Origin: Trichinella spiralis
Taxonomy: Eukaryota
Assembly: GCF_000181795.1 (NCBI RefSeq)
Contig: NW_003526943.1
Span: forward strand, 7,151,566-7,215,565
Length of the DNA stretch: 64,000 bases
Direction of reading: 5' to 3'
Shown: one piece after another, positions 28,627 through 43,144 of the stretch
How positions within the stretch are numbered: position 1 is the stretch's first letter
Layout: each line of letters begins with the position of its first letter
Made by a program: the position numbers and the translations under genes
The notes under the pieces: generated by a model
What the model saw: the letters and a program-made list of their open reading frames with translations, nothing else
What the model was told of the DNA's origin: nothing
Databases searched by the model: none

Positions 28627-28883
28627 TGATACAGAGTATTCGAAAATTTAGTAAAAAACCATGCAATTCTGTAAATAGTCACTACAATCTCCTTTACAAA
28701 TAAATAATTGATTCATTTTATTAATTTATAATTTTCAATATGTCATTTGAATTTTAGAAATTTCACAGAATAAGAATATCAACCAAATTCATACATCTAG
28801 TCAAATTTTTTCAGCTTTTAACATTTAATAAAAGTGATTAGAAACTATAAAATGCAAATCTGATTGTAAATTTCAATAAATCA

Positions 28884-29938
28884 TCAAATGGGTATTAAAC
28901 AACGTTTTCCTAATAATGTTGGGCAACATTTCCGGCTTCCAGGACAGTCTGAATCTTGCTGGCATTTGTTTTCATGAACAATTTTCCATCCATCAGGAAC
29001 TACCAAGACCGGACATTTGCCAGATTTGATTCCGTTTGGAACACCTGGACAGCAGACAAACTGATAACACTGCCTATTAGCTGGGCAATCAAGATTCGTT
29101 AAGCATGTTCTATCAGCGATACTTTTGTCAGGGCAAATTACTAAAGCAAAAAATTAAAACCTGCAAAAGTGAATAAAATTCTTTAGACTGTGGTTTAAAT
29201 TTACAGCGACTTGGATCAGGCAACATGCACTGACGTCCAAGTATTGTAGGGCAACACTTCATTGCATTTGCACAATCTTCATCCCAGTTGCATCTGCTAA
29301 TTCCCTGATCGCTTGGCTTTTCAGCTGGAAGAGGACACAGGCCAGCTTTTACGAAATGTGAATCACCTGAAATTATTCTCATTAGCTTAGCTCAACTTTT
29401 AATTTAAAATCAATTTGGTGATTTATTGCATTCATCTCCAGTCAATAATTTTATAATATTATTTGTAATTCTTCTTCCTTACTATAATTAATAGATTATC
29501 AAAGCCTGAGATGAATCAAAGTTGGAACAAAATTTATTGAACTTATCACGTTTGAAATATTGCTCAGAAAACTGCTTTTTTGTTTTTAAATAAATTTTTA
29601 ACGTATTTTTATTTGTACCACTTATGCATTTTCATGTTGATTTATTTCAAATGCATGAAAACATAATATATATTAATTTTTGATCGAACGTAGGTAGCAA
29701 ATTATGAAAAAAGAGAAATCATAGCGGCATTATATTCATTCACCTGCAGCACCATAATTTATTTATCATAATTTTTTCAACGATTCATATTAAAAAAAGA
29801 AATAATTTTACCATTTGATAATGATTAAAAATAATTAAACTCGGCAATAATAATATATTTCAGAAAAAGCTCACTTTTTCTAATATTACTGAAGAAAAAA
29901 ATGAAATAAAGCAAAAGTCCGGGATTCCAAGTCAACAT
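28884..29938 (-). CDS. Secreted Cys-rich WAP-WR1-WAP protein, paralogue B; 3 exons
   Basis: MLTWNPGLLLYFIFFFSNIRK|SDSHFVKAGLCPLP..RCNWDEDCANAMKCCPTILGRQCMLP|ICPDKSIADRTCLTNLDCPANRQCYQFVCCP..KSGKCP...KCQQDSDCPGSRKCCPTLLGKRCLIPI*. The first exon is inferred from a phase-1 donor (gtgagc). Confidence 0.85.
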
Positions 29939-30712
29939 GATCGCTGTTGTGTTAAAAATGCACGAAAATTATCACAGAAATATTTCATAAACAGTAAGTT
30001 TGAAATGATTCATAAGAACAGGTGAACTAGAATCAATTTTATTTTAATTTTACAAATGCCGGTCTGAGGTAGAACTGGATGCCTCATAATGATGTTTATT
30101 GGCAGAAAGAATGATAATTTGTTTATGATAATAAGAATTATTATTATTATCATTAAATTGCCATATGTTACAGATAAAAAAATGAATTTTTGAATTTTTC
30201 ATTGTACAGAATTTTAAATAAAATTCAATTTTAATCTTTAGAATTATAATTATTGCTGTATGATAAAAATTTTGCTTGATTGCATTACATAATTGAAAAA
30301 GAAGAAAGCGAAAGAAAAAATTAATGAAGAAAGCATAAATTTATTACAAAATTGTTCGTAATAAAACACCATACGCATGATTTATATTTTATTCTATAAA
30401 CAATTACCTCAAAGCAGTATTAGTCAACATTGTTCTTTGAAGTTTTGATCAATGCAATGCAGTTAATCTAAAATGAGTACTCTGGCCTAAATGTTCTTTG
30501 ATCCGTTATCTGTTTTAAGTTTATAATTTATGCATATATGCATATATACATATATACACATGTATGTGTGTGCATAGCAATATGCAATAATATATGCAAT
30601 ATAATAGTAAAACCAGTCGCAAAGATTACACTCTAATAAATGAATATCAGTTTCTTTTTTTCATTAGCTTTATTTTGATTAATTCAAGAATTTTTGCAGA
30701 TATAATCAGTTA

Positions 30713-32135
30713 TTATTTTGGAGTTACCTTGCACTTCAGGTTTAATGGCACCACATGATTGCTGCTGCTGCTTTTCAGTTTAGATTTCAACATGCTGGAT
30801 AACGAAGGACTGTAATTTTTCATTGCAGACAACAGCTTAGAATCAGTGAACAGACGACACAGGGGCGCAATGCTAAGGCCGACCGGCTGAATTGTCCACA
30901 TGTAAATTTGCCACTGATACTTCTTGTTCAGATCGAAAAATTGGGTAATAAGTACAAAAGTGTAAGGGATCAGTTGGCAAAAAACTGTAAACAATACCAT
31001 CAGGATGATTTGCTTCATTACGACAATTTGTCGTTTTATTTGAATTTTGCGAACGCAAGAATAAGTAGATCGACTGAACAGTATTGCAATGGACGAAGCA
31101 ACGTACAAAGCAATGGCAAAAATGTCGCACAAAGCAATAAAAGCTAGGTGAACTTTGAAATAAATAGCGCAAACAATTTCATAATACCAACAGTAAGTTA
31201 ATACCAACTCCTTCTTTGTTACACATTGAATAATTAACAAACATGAGTGGCAAATATCAGCAAGTATGCAAATTTTCCAAGAATGTTGGATTACTGACTG
31301 CACAATGAAGAACATCCTTTTTCTTTTTATGACGGCAGTGAAACAATCCAGCGCAATAAAAAATATGTTAACCGACATGTGAATGTCGCTGATGGAGAAC
31401 AATATGGAATAAGGGGGTAGAATGACGCAAAAAATTGATCTTGTAAAACAGACTCTTCTTCCAACTGCAAACCGTCTTCCAAGATACCCAACATATGCAA
31501 ATCCATTCAACATGCAACCAAAATAAAATCCTACAGCACAATGCAAATATGCATTTTAGGCATATGATGTGCAGATTTATTTATAAATAGATAATAAATA
31601 GCTCTTCTTATACATTTTTGTAGTGAAACCAAAAATTCTGTCAAAAAAAACCAATTTTTTATATACTGATTGAGTAATAATTTAATTTATGTTTAATTTT
31701 GATTGAATATCTAGAATATATGTATGTTGGATAATAATAAATATTACATGATTTAGTTTTTATTATGAAAGAATTCACTGTATTGGATTAGAATTAATCA
31801 CTCATAAATCAAGTCTACGAAGTAAAAGCTACAATGCAAATTAAAATATATTTAATGCAAAGAGTTCAAAAAATGTGCTTAAGAAGTTTTTATGCATGAT
31901 TTCAAGAATTTTACTGTGGCATACCTTGCTGCAATGAATATGCTTTCTTTTCTGCAGATCTCAAAGCAAATAAATGAAGTAACAGGCCATTGCTGATGAT
32001 GCAAATTATGCCAAATACAAGCTGTAGAATGTTTATATTAAAGGTTTCTTCTTCTCGTTTTATAGCTTCAGTTACATATTCCATACACAAGTTATACGTA
32101 TGACGGAAATTATCCTGGATGCACAAGTGGTGCAT
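30713..32135 (-). CDS. Serpentine 7TM receptor-like protein (srsx-like), paralogue 3; exons 32135-31925, 31530-30713
   Basis: The TM1 exon (IISNGLLL) joins by a phase-1 intron to GFYFGCMLNGFAY...FIALDCF...CWYYEIV...QIKRQIVVMKQ...IQPVG. Confidence 0.8.
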
Positions 32136-34993
32136 GGTTTTATCTGAATTTTCATATACGATTGGCTGAAATGGACTTTGTTCGCTACAAATTCACATTT
32201 TCAGTGGAGAAAGCTGCAGTGTATAACATTGTCAAAAAATCTAACAACATTATTTAGATATTCATTATTTGCTATCTTTCTTTTCTATTTAATCATTATT
32301 AATTATTTATTTTTCTCATTTACATATAATGCGCATGCATGCTTGTATCAAATTTTGATTTGCAAACTTTCACTTTACTCAACATCATTATATTTATTTT
32401 TAAAAATGCTACTGGGAAACATTTCTTTGAAAACTTTAGCCGTTCAATTCACCTTTTATATAATTAATTTTTTGGAGATTTTTAAATGACAAAAGCAATA
32501 ATTTCTTTAATGCTGAAGAATCAAATTTATTCACTAAAATGCCATTTATCAAGGGTGCATATACTTTTAATAACATTTCCAGAAATATTAAAAAAAACTT
32601 TACCTTTCTTCTTCAACGCTCCAGTTAGCATGCATGCATACTACCTTATGTGAAGTGTGCTCATGAATAGGCTTGGAAATATTAATAAAAGCTATTAATG
32701 CAATAGCAATGGAATTAACGTGATTTTTGCAGTAATCAAGATCTAATAAAACGAATTATGAAAAAGAAAGTTCTTTATTCTTGATGCATCAAATGGTGAA
32801 ATTAAACAGTGAACAACTAAGCAAACAGTCTCAGTGAAAGTCTAAAAAGGGAGTGTATTGATTTTTGAATATTTGCTTCCAGTGAATGACTTATTCATTT
32901 TCTGAAGCTTTAGTAGTGAAATGAAAAACTAACGAAGAGGAAATTAATTCTTTTGCGAATCACTGTGTTACAATTCTATAGAAACCATTGGATATTGATC
33001 ATTCAAATTTATTTATATTAAATTCATCTTTTTATTTCTGAGTATAAAAAATATATGTTTCATAGTTTCATCTTCTTCAAACTTGCAAAAAGTTACATGC
33101 ACCAAGCATTTTATTAAAAATAAAAATATTTTTCATGTTTAAAATAAAAACTTTTTAATTATCAACTTGGCCTAATTATTGCGTGATGCAATATTTAAAG
33201 GAACTTCTTCACAATTAATTTCAATTTTTTCGAATATATTCGAACATTTCAAAAAGCAGACACCTACAAAAATTCATTATTGATGAAATTTTTTTGTAAA
33301 AAAGCAACGATCGAAATTTCATGAAATTACTCATTTTTTGCAAAAGATTCGTTTTTTATTAATTGCTTATCAAATTATGCATATTCAAATGCACAGCAAT
33401 CACCAATGAACAATAATATGACGTCATTGTGCATTTGAATTTCTTATATTGAATGTCGCGTGTTCTGAGATTGTTGGTGTCTAAATTATATTCTAAGGGA
33501 ATTACACAATATAATGCAAAAATATCTTGTAACTGAACACCAATAAAAAAATCAAAATATGCATAAGCACCTAAATTAAATTTAATTAAATCAATTAAAC
33601 ATTAAAAATGTTAATAATATTTCTGTTGAGACAGATTCATGGTTTCTCATCTACTCCTTAAATTTTGAATCTAATCTTTTAAATGGTTATTTCATTTTAC
33701 AAGTATGCTGATAGAATGCTGTTTAATGCATTTTTAAATTGTAATTAATCCATACTTATGTAATTCATAACTAACAGATAGTTTAATATATGTTGTAAAT
33801 TATGGATATGTTTAATATGATGTAAATTTCTAATTTGCATTTCCAGATCAGTTAAATTAATTTACATAAATTCATAATTTTTTGATACGACATTGCGTAA
33901 AGAATAAAATTTAATAGTAAATATCTTTGAATGGATTTGAAAGATCAACATTTAAATTAATAAATTTTAAAAGAGAATACAATTTAAAATTTTGAAACAA
34001 CAGTTTAAGGTGAAAGATAAGAAATTCTTGTAAATTTGAATTAAGAAACTGATAGAAATTGCTGCCGTTTCATTTTTCTTAAAACTGCATGAATTTTATT
34101 GTTTATTTCACATTTACAAATTTGAATCAGTAGCTATTTTTTATGAAAATTTATAAAATCTCCGTGTAAAATGAAATTTGCAAGTATATTTAGCTACATA
34201 TTCCACTTATGCTTTAATATTTCAAAATAATGCAACTGTAAATTTAAAAAAAATATAGTAATAAAAAATTTGTGGTAAAGTGTTCTTTTTCGAATTACTG
34301 TTGATTAAGTCTCTATGAAGCTTGAATATCATAAATTAAAAACACTTAGAGATATGCAAATTAATAATTTACAAAAGCATATACATTGTAAATTAAAAAT
34401 AAATAGTTAAAATTTTAATAACAACATTTATCTGACAAATTATATCTATACATCGCACAAGTATATCTTAAGATATTTCTTTGTTATATTATTTACTTTC
34501 TTGGAATGAACATAAAATTTTGAAATTTGAAAAAAATTATGAATGGCAGTTTTTCGTTCATTTTCTCTTTACCATTACTTTGATCATTTTCTCATAAAGC
34601 ATGTAAAATATGAAAGTTATAATTGAAGATTTAAGATGAAATTTAAGATTAATTTTAGCTTTTGTTTTGAACGGCTTAATATTTTTAAAAACAAAAGAAT
34701 TTCTAAGTCAATTTGTTGCATAATTTTCATACAGTTATTAAAGCCTATTAATGAGTGTAATAAAATGGTATGTTTTTCAAGAGAAATAATTTAATATAGT
34801 AAATTAACAATTTTTAAATAACTACGGACTTTTTTACATATTCAAAAATCTCTTTTGCATCACATTTAAATTTTGTTTGAATGAAGAGAGAAAATGCTTT
34901 GAAAAAAAGTATATTTCATATTAAATTTATTTTATATTGCTTTAAGAAATGTAAGGCAGTAGGAGTAGAATTAGTTGCTTGAAAGCCGAATGA

Positions 34994-36506
34994 TTATTCG
35001 TTGCATGGTCGTACAGAGTTTAAAGTTTTGAAAGAGAAACGTCTGCAGCAAAGATTTTCCGGCAAAGTGGAGCTGTGCTTATTCCCTTCACCAGCTGAAT
35101 AAGCTCCCACTTTTACCATTGAAGAGGCAACTGGTTGGTCCGTTTTGCAGCAGAACCATTTCTGACATTGTCGACGAACAGCCGGCGCCCTAAGTATCCG
35201 GTATATTGCATACAATGAATAGCTGGCATTGCAGACAAGCCAGCCGTACTGATTGATCACCGGGCTGCCTTTGTTGAAAGCAAACCAAACCGAACAAGTG
35301 CAAGGTACTGTTTGAATCATGAACGAAAATGCGACCGTGATTGCCGTCTGTTTCAGAATTGTAATTTGGCGGCGAATTTGAATCAACCGAACGCCTGTAC
35401 ATGTAGATTTGCGCAGGTTGAAGCCGACTCCAGCTACGCTGAACAACAGCACACTCAAATAGCCAAGAAAAGCTAGCACAGAATTGAAAGAGACAAAAAA
35501 CCACTGGGGCAGAACAACAGGGATGCTGCAATCAGCACATAAGCGGTCGTTGTAATAAACAACCACCCACAGTGTAATTACACAAATACACGGCAGTATT
35601 ACTGATAACACCAGGTAAAAATTAATATTATTGTCGTCCACTTTCCATCTGGAATTCATGAACATCAATGCAATGAAGCTGTCCATGGCCATCAGAAGTA
35701 GAGCATAGGAAATTACTGGTTCAGCGAACGTGTAAAGCGTCAGCTGAGGAGCGATGAGCAAGCACTGCAGTGAAGTAATATTGCGTACAGCACTCCGCAT
35801 CACCAGTTTTTGAATGTTGCTTATCATATAAGCCAAGCCTAGCGGAGCGCTTCCCATTGCAATAACTTCAAAACAGATTACTATTATCATACTGTTTCAT
35901 GCAAAATTAACTGCCATGACTTGCAAATATGCTTTTGTTTTTGTTTTATCACTTACAAGCATATCATTTTTTAAAATCCAATTTATAATTTGTAGGACGC
36001 AATGAACTTATCAGAAATAATTTATCACATAAACTGACGTTATTTTTAAAGATAACGTGACATTTATAAAAAATTTTTCAATAGATTCACATTTCAATTC
36101 ATTATTATTAAATTCTATTCAATTTAATTTTAATACCATAACTGCTACAGTGTGATTTTGTCATACTTTTATAATTTAAAATTACACAACATTAATTAAC
36201 TTACAGAATATTAGTTGAACATTACAATTATAAACAAGAAACGCTGCATCACTTTTACGTCTGAGGACAGATATTGCAGCAAAAAATTTAAATATTCAAA
36301 AATAATACTTTACCTGCAGTCAGCTTATCAATTTTTTTCATCGGACGCTTAAGGAGCATCATGATAAACAATATTCCATTTGTGAGCAGGGTAACTGTTC
36401 CAAATAATATGGCCAAATATTTTAATTTGTCGTCTGATCTTCCTTTTTCTTCAGCAACGAATGTCGAATTTTCTAATCTGAATTCTGCGACATTGCTAAC
36501 ATTCAT
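34994..36506 (-). CDS. Serpentine 7TM receptor-like protein (srsx-like), paralogue 4; exons 36506-36314, 35865-34994
   Basis: The TM1 exon (LTNGILF..KRPMKKIDKLTA) joins by a phase-1 intron to VIAMGSAPLGLAY...CLLIAPQL...LMAMDSF...QIRRQITILKQ...QTVP...SYSLYAIYR. Confidence 0.82.
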
Positions 36507-38777
36507 GATCTTTAAAACAAATGAAATTAAAATTAAGCTTATATTTTAAAAGCACATTTTATTAAATAGTTTGTTATTTTTAATATATTTTTCAATAAAA
36601 AGAATAACATTACTCTTAATTCAGATAGAATATCGTCAAAAAAATTTAAGATTTTTACATGCTAAGCATGCTAACCTTGTTTACTTATTTGAAAAGTCAA
36701 GTTCATCATTCTTTTGGTTTTTGTTTCATCCTTTAATATCCATTTTGTATAATCTCTATAATATGATTAATAATATCCATTTTTCTAAATTATCTTAAGC
36801 ATATCATAAGCATTATCTTAAGCCTTCAAAGATAATTTTACGCAAATCATTTTAAATAAAAATAATGCCATTCTTCATTTCCGCATTTTTGCAATAAATT
36901 GCAAACTTTGGCCACAAAGTGAAACATTTGTAAATTTAAATTCTTTATAAATTTATTTTTTAAAATGTATTTCTTTAATCTTTTTTTCAGAAATGAATTT
37001 CTTTTTTCTATTTACACTTTATACATTCAAATTATAAAAAAGTTCTTAGGTGAATAAGTTATGATAATTATTTAGTTACTCAGCTTAAAATAATTGGAAC
37101 AGAATGTAATGTCAAAGGAACTTAAAACTGAATCAGTTTTAAATTCGTTTTTGCAATTCATCATTGTATTGCTTCTCATTTTAATAAATTTTATACCTGA
37201 TGGAACGAAGAAATTGTAAAGTAAAAATTGTAATCTCAAAAAAAGTATACTTACTACTTATTTAAAAATTTATTGATTTCAAAAATGTGCTTATGAAAAT
37301 AATATGGATAACTTACCTGATATGCAATTATTAAATACTTAATAAGATTAATTGATTTCAGAGTAGTATTTTTATTATTATAATTCATATTTTTCTCTTG
37401 ACATGTCACGATATATCGTAACCATTGGTAGTTGTTTATTCACGCAAAATTTCTTTAATTCAATCTAACTTTTAATTTTATTCATGAAATGAATTATTAA
37501 ATTATACTTTTCTGATAGTTAATTACTAATAGTGCATCATTGCGTTGCATTAGAGCTTGCATAACAAATCTGACATAAAGGCAACTTATATTACAATAAA
37601 TTTATATCAATTTATGTTTTATACAACACCTTTATAAATATTGTTAAGTAATCATTTCGGAAATAAAAAATTAAATATTTTATTATATTTTGAATATTTA
37701 AAAAGAGCCAGATTGGTGGAAAGCGCAACTTTAATAACATTTTTGATTAATTATGGTATAAGCATGCATCTAAATGCAAAAGGCAAGAATTGTCAGTAAA
37801 CAATTATAAACTGGAATTTGTTAGTTTAACGGGCTCTGCATTTTCATAATGCTCGATAATGCTCATATTTCATAAATTTTAAGAAATATATGATAATATA
37901 AGAATTGCAGTGATGAAGCAGTGTGATAAATTTTCTAATTAATTTTGAGGAAATATGTTCAGTTGAAAATTAAACTACGATCATATAAAAATTGAAATGT
38001 GAAATTCCACAAATATTATTTTTAAAACTTTTACACGGTTAATGTAAATGCACTGTCAGCGAATAAATAAAAACAGCAAAAGTTGAATAGACAAAAAATA
38101 AAATAGGTATTTCTGTTTTACATCAATGTTGAGATCTCCACTTAATTCTTAGAAATATTTCCAGTGATCAATTGAATGCATCCAATTTAATGAATGATGC
38201 TTTACTTCATTTTTTATTCAGTATTATAAAAAAATAATAAAATAAAAATTTGCATACATCAAGAAAAATAGTCTTCAGACGGATTATTTTTTGAAAGTTA
38301 AACTGAAGCTCAATGGTGTTGTTTTTCTCTACCTTCAATCAGTTGCAAGTAATTCATAAAAAAAATTGTCAAATTGATGTGGATTCAATATGATATTTTA
38401 TCATACATTTTTGAAAAAGTGATTTTTATTTTCAAAAAAATTAAATGAGAAAAAAAAAGAATTGAATTGAATAAGAAAATTTTTTTAAATTAACAATAAG
38501 AAAATATTGAAAATCTTCAACAATTTTCTGACATCTAGCACTTTCACAGCACTTACTTTGCATTTACATCATCCTAATGGCAGCAGTGCAATGCTTTCTT
38601 CAAAATGACAACTTATTCTTTACTCTTTATTTTTTCAAATTTTTTATATGTATGCATTCAATTGAAAATTCTGAATTTATAATTTTCTCAATAATAATAA
38701 TAATAATAATGATAATAATATGGAGTAAATTTAATCTTGATACCAATTAAAATTAATAAAATAAAATTTTTCTCTGC

Positions 38778-39778
38778 ATATGCTTTAATAATTGTTACAG
38801 CCATGTTGAATAGTAAAATAATAAGAGTTGTGTTGACTAAAAAGAGAAAAAATAATTATTGAAAACTTCATAACAAATTATTATATTAAAAATTAATCAT
38901 TTTCTTAATAAGAACATTTTTACTTGGTAATTTAGCTGTCAACGTCATCTGGCAATTATGTGTGTAAAAAAATTTTTTTCATCATCAATTATACTTTGCT
39001 TCATTTTTTCAGCAAAGAAGAATAATGCATTGTTTTATAAAAATAGTTTTGCTTATAACTTTAAGAAAATGTTTAAAAAACGAATGCAAAAGAAATAAAA
39101 TTTGAATAATGCATTACTTACATTACAATTGCATATATTAATAATAATATTATTGATACTGTACGTTGAAAAGATAAGAATTTAAAAATGCAATTAACAA
39201 GGATAATTTCCTTTAACCATGGGTTAATGTTATACCTCTGATCAAAAACAAATAATTTCTCTTTATTAAAATGATAATTTGATTCTAATTATTTAAAAGC
39301 ATTACTCTATTCAAAACTTTTTAAGAAGAAAGTAAAAGTGCCTATTATTTCTTTGGAGAACAAACATCAGATGAATTTGATTTCATTTTTGATAGTTGAA
39401 AATGAATTACTTTATTTTAATATTTCAATGACATTCAGTAACAACAATATCTGTACTGCTATATTGATGAGTTGGATTTTTTGCACAGCTTTCACATTTT
39501 TCATACTATATATATTCAAGCCATTCAGGTATAGCGAAGTGTATACATGATATATATATATATAGTTAATTGATGATGAAAAAATTTTTTTTACACATAA
39601 TTGCCAGATGACGTTGACAGCTAAATTACCAAGTAAAAAAGTTCTTATTAAGAAAATGATTAATTTTTAATATAATAATTTGTTATGAAGTTTTCAATAA
39701 TTATTTTTTCTCTTTTTAGTCAACACAACTCTTATTATTTTACTATTCAACATGGCTGTAACAATTATTAAAGCATAT
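38778..39778. repeat. Long near-perfect inverted repeat (arms 38778-38991 and 39567-39778, ~575 bp spacer)
   Basis: Arm 2 is the reverse complement of arm 1 (e.g. TTTAGCTGTCAACGTCATCTGGCAATTATG / CATAATTGCCAGATGACGTTGACAGCTAAA) with only a few differences. Arm 2 has (TA)n on both sides. Confidence 0.93.
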
Positions 39779-42725
39779 ATATATATATATGTAATCTTAT
39801 CAAGTAAAAACCTTTTTTCACGTAAATTACAGTAAATCAGATGTTAATATTCACAGTAACATTTATTACGGTTACAACTTGAAAGAGATTACAATTATTT
39901 TACAGTTTTTTTATAAATTATTCTTTAAAAGCAAAGTTAAAATAAATTTAAATATTAAAAACATACGATAAAATCTTCGTTGCATGATTTATCATCTCTT
40001 TATGGAAAAATACATTCCACATACAGCTTGCGTGCGACACAGTCTTCATTTCACAGTTTTAACCTTGCCACCGACTGAGCGCTAACTGGCCATTAAGCAA
40101 GATGAAAGTAATTAAAAGACTTTACGAACGTTGCTACAAATGAACAATGGTGACAACTTTAACAACGTTAAACTTCAAATTGCTCGACTGTTTAATTGTT
40201 GAATCAATAATCACATGAATATGAATTCACATTCATATTTTTATTCACACAGTTCACATTATACATTCGAATAGCTATTTTAGTGTATCCTAATTTTGAA
40301 AAACTATTTTAAATATAATTGACTTAATTTAAAAGTAAATTCAACAAATTCAGGTGTTTAGTGTATTGAAACAAACAGTAAAGCTCATCTTTTTCACACT
40401 AGTTGTTCTCAATTTTTATTAGAAACATAAAACTACAGCTTCTTACATGTATTGAATATATATTTAATGATGTAAACAGACCTATTCCAATTATACAATA
40501 TATGCAGATAATCATCATATGGATGTTCAGGTTTTGTTTCTCAATTCATATTAATGAAGTTCCACTGATAATGGATTGTTTCTTGCACATACGGTCAATG
40601 TAGAAGATTGATGAACGTAAAAAGTTTGAATATTTCCCCATTTTATTCATTTTTATTTGCAAATAAATTTCAAAAAAAGGATAATATTATTTCTAAGTGA
40701 CAAGTAAATTGCTCTACGACGGCTCAGCAGAAAAACTGCTTCCTGTCACATTTCAAATGTATTTTCTGTCTGCTTTCATTTAAATGCAAATATTTACTGG
40801 AAAATTACTCAACTAAACGAACACTTTAATATAAATATTCAATTTATTAATTTTCAATAATTTTGACTATATCAATTTAAAAATTTATTGATTAAAAAAA
40901 TATTACAGACATGTAAATCAACGTACATAATAGAACTGAAGTGCATGATTAACATAAAAGACTATATAACAAATTTTCATAATTGTTTATGACAGAATAA
41001 AATTTTTTTCAATAGTAAAGGAAGTTCATGTATATTTTACATCTAGAAACAGCACTGAAATATCATAATGAATTTGCAGTTGTGAAAAATGATCAAACAG
41101 TAAGATGATATCAATTCTTGATGATGCGTTTGTTTGTTTTTATAATACGTCACTTGATAATAATAATAATCATCATCATAATAAAAATAATGTAAGAAAT
41201 GTTCATCCGGAATATTAATTTTAAAAATTTTCCTGAAATTTTAAATCCTTTTTTCACACTTCACAACAAGAAAAGAATAATAAGCAATATTGATGATAAA
41301 AAAGATTAGAAAAAGAAAATTTAATAATTTCTAAAACAAAATACTCACAAAGATGGCAAAACTTTCAATTCATCATTACAATCTTTGGGATTATCAAAAA
41401 GAAATGAGTGAAAAAAATGTTTTATTCGAAAAATTGAAATATTATTAATCTTAGAGAGAATTTTACATAGGATATTTTGAGTAAACACTGAATGTACGCT
41501 ATAAATCAGTACATCCTGTAATCTTTTTTCACTTATTAAATCGTACAAAGTTGAAATATTTTCATTCAATATTCATAATTTCAAAAATCAAAGAAGAAAA
41601 AAAAAGAGAATCTCTTGCCTTCATTAAGAAACCGGACTGCTTAGAGATTGCATCATCAAGAAGGGATGTTTGATATAGTCAACGGAGGAACATCGAGATG
41701 GTGGTCACTGGAGTGCTAATCCATTTCGCCCACGCAATTTCGAACGATAAGAAAGAAATTGTCGTTCAGTGCTGAAAAAAGAAACGAGATGCTTAAATGT
41801 TGGAATCTATTACAACCAGTCTCCTTCTTCCGGTCGAAAGCCAGCTAATAGCAATTACGACGGCTGACCGCCTACATCGAACAGCACCCCATTTACGGTA
41901 TTCGGTTGTAATTAGATTTTTTAACATACATTGGTTGCATTGGTTGGCAAAATAAAGTTCTCCGCTTCCTGCTGGCAACCGCTTTGGCACAGCAATAATA
42001 GAAAATGCTTGTCAAACACTGGTGGGCTTGCTGTGCTTTTATCCGTGCAGAAAATGATACCCATTAGCGCGTGAAATTTCGCAAAGCGCACAAGTGCAAA
42101 AGCTTCAGGCTAAAATATCACTACTTCAACAAGTGGAATAAATAATTTCGTTGCAATCATATGCATTCGTTTCCAATTTACCAACAGACCAATTAAAATG
42201 ATTGCTGCTTAATATCTACCGCATGTTTAGCCTTTTTTGCCACTTAAAAAATTGTTTTATTACATCATACAATTTACGCTAGTAATATTTGCAGTTTTTT
42301 TTTCAAAAAAAACAACAAAACTCACATGTATATATATATATATATATTTCGGTTTTACTTTTTGTGCTCTTAACAAAGATGAATATTTGAAAAGAATAAA
42401 AAAAGAAACGTGAAAAATATTCAAAAAAAGATTATAGCATTCTCTGAGCATTATAAATTGGTAAAATGATCGCTTGAAAAATTATCACCAATAGATTTGA
42501 ATAGATAAATATTTTCATTGCTTTCTATAAATATTTTTATTTGCAAATTTATTTCACTATCAGACGTCAGCAGTAAATCTAAAGCACACGTGCTATTATT
42601 TTGTTAAAAATTTCATCGACGTGCAATTATAACTGCTAACTGCAACAGTTTTTTTTAAAAATAACCAATAAACTTATTTAAACAAATAAATCTATGATCT
42701 TTCGTTCAGATTTATGATTATATAG

Positions 42726-43144
42726 CAGGACTGTCCAACCTTAGATAACAGATAATAGTTCTTGCAACTACTGCTAATGAAGTTAAGCAAGCACACTAAA
42801 ATTTCATAAGAAAATAAAGTCATGGTATTTATAAAGCTTTTATTGAAACAGTAAACGAGATGCGTTTGCAAAAATGAAACTTGAAAATTGCAGAAATTTT
42901 TTCAGAATTGCCGGGAAATTGTCGTTTTAAAAGCGTGTTAATTTTTTCTTGCCACGCCTACTATTTGAAAAACATGGATATATTGTGATGTGAAAGCACA
43001 AAATAAAGTTACCAACATCAAATAATAGAATTAAAATATCTAATATTCATTCGATGCACATTATTTCATTTTCTGTCACGCGTGAATTCAGATTCCACTG
43101 GCGTGCTGCATGCGGCCCTCGGGATATGCTTTTGGACAGCCCTG
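42726..43144. mobile_element. Non-autonomous hAT (Charlie-like) MITE
   Basis: Termini CAGGACTGTCCAA / TTGGACAGCCCTG, a subterminal GCATGCGGCCC motif, and flanks TTATATAG / TTATTATAG resembling a decayed 8-bp TSD. Confidence 0.7.

Noticed and set aside
40070..40091. tRNA-Ile-like 5' fragment on the minus strand (GGCCAGTTAGCGCTCAGTCGGT)
   Set aside because: There is no B-box or 3' acceptor strand, and it is too short to call.
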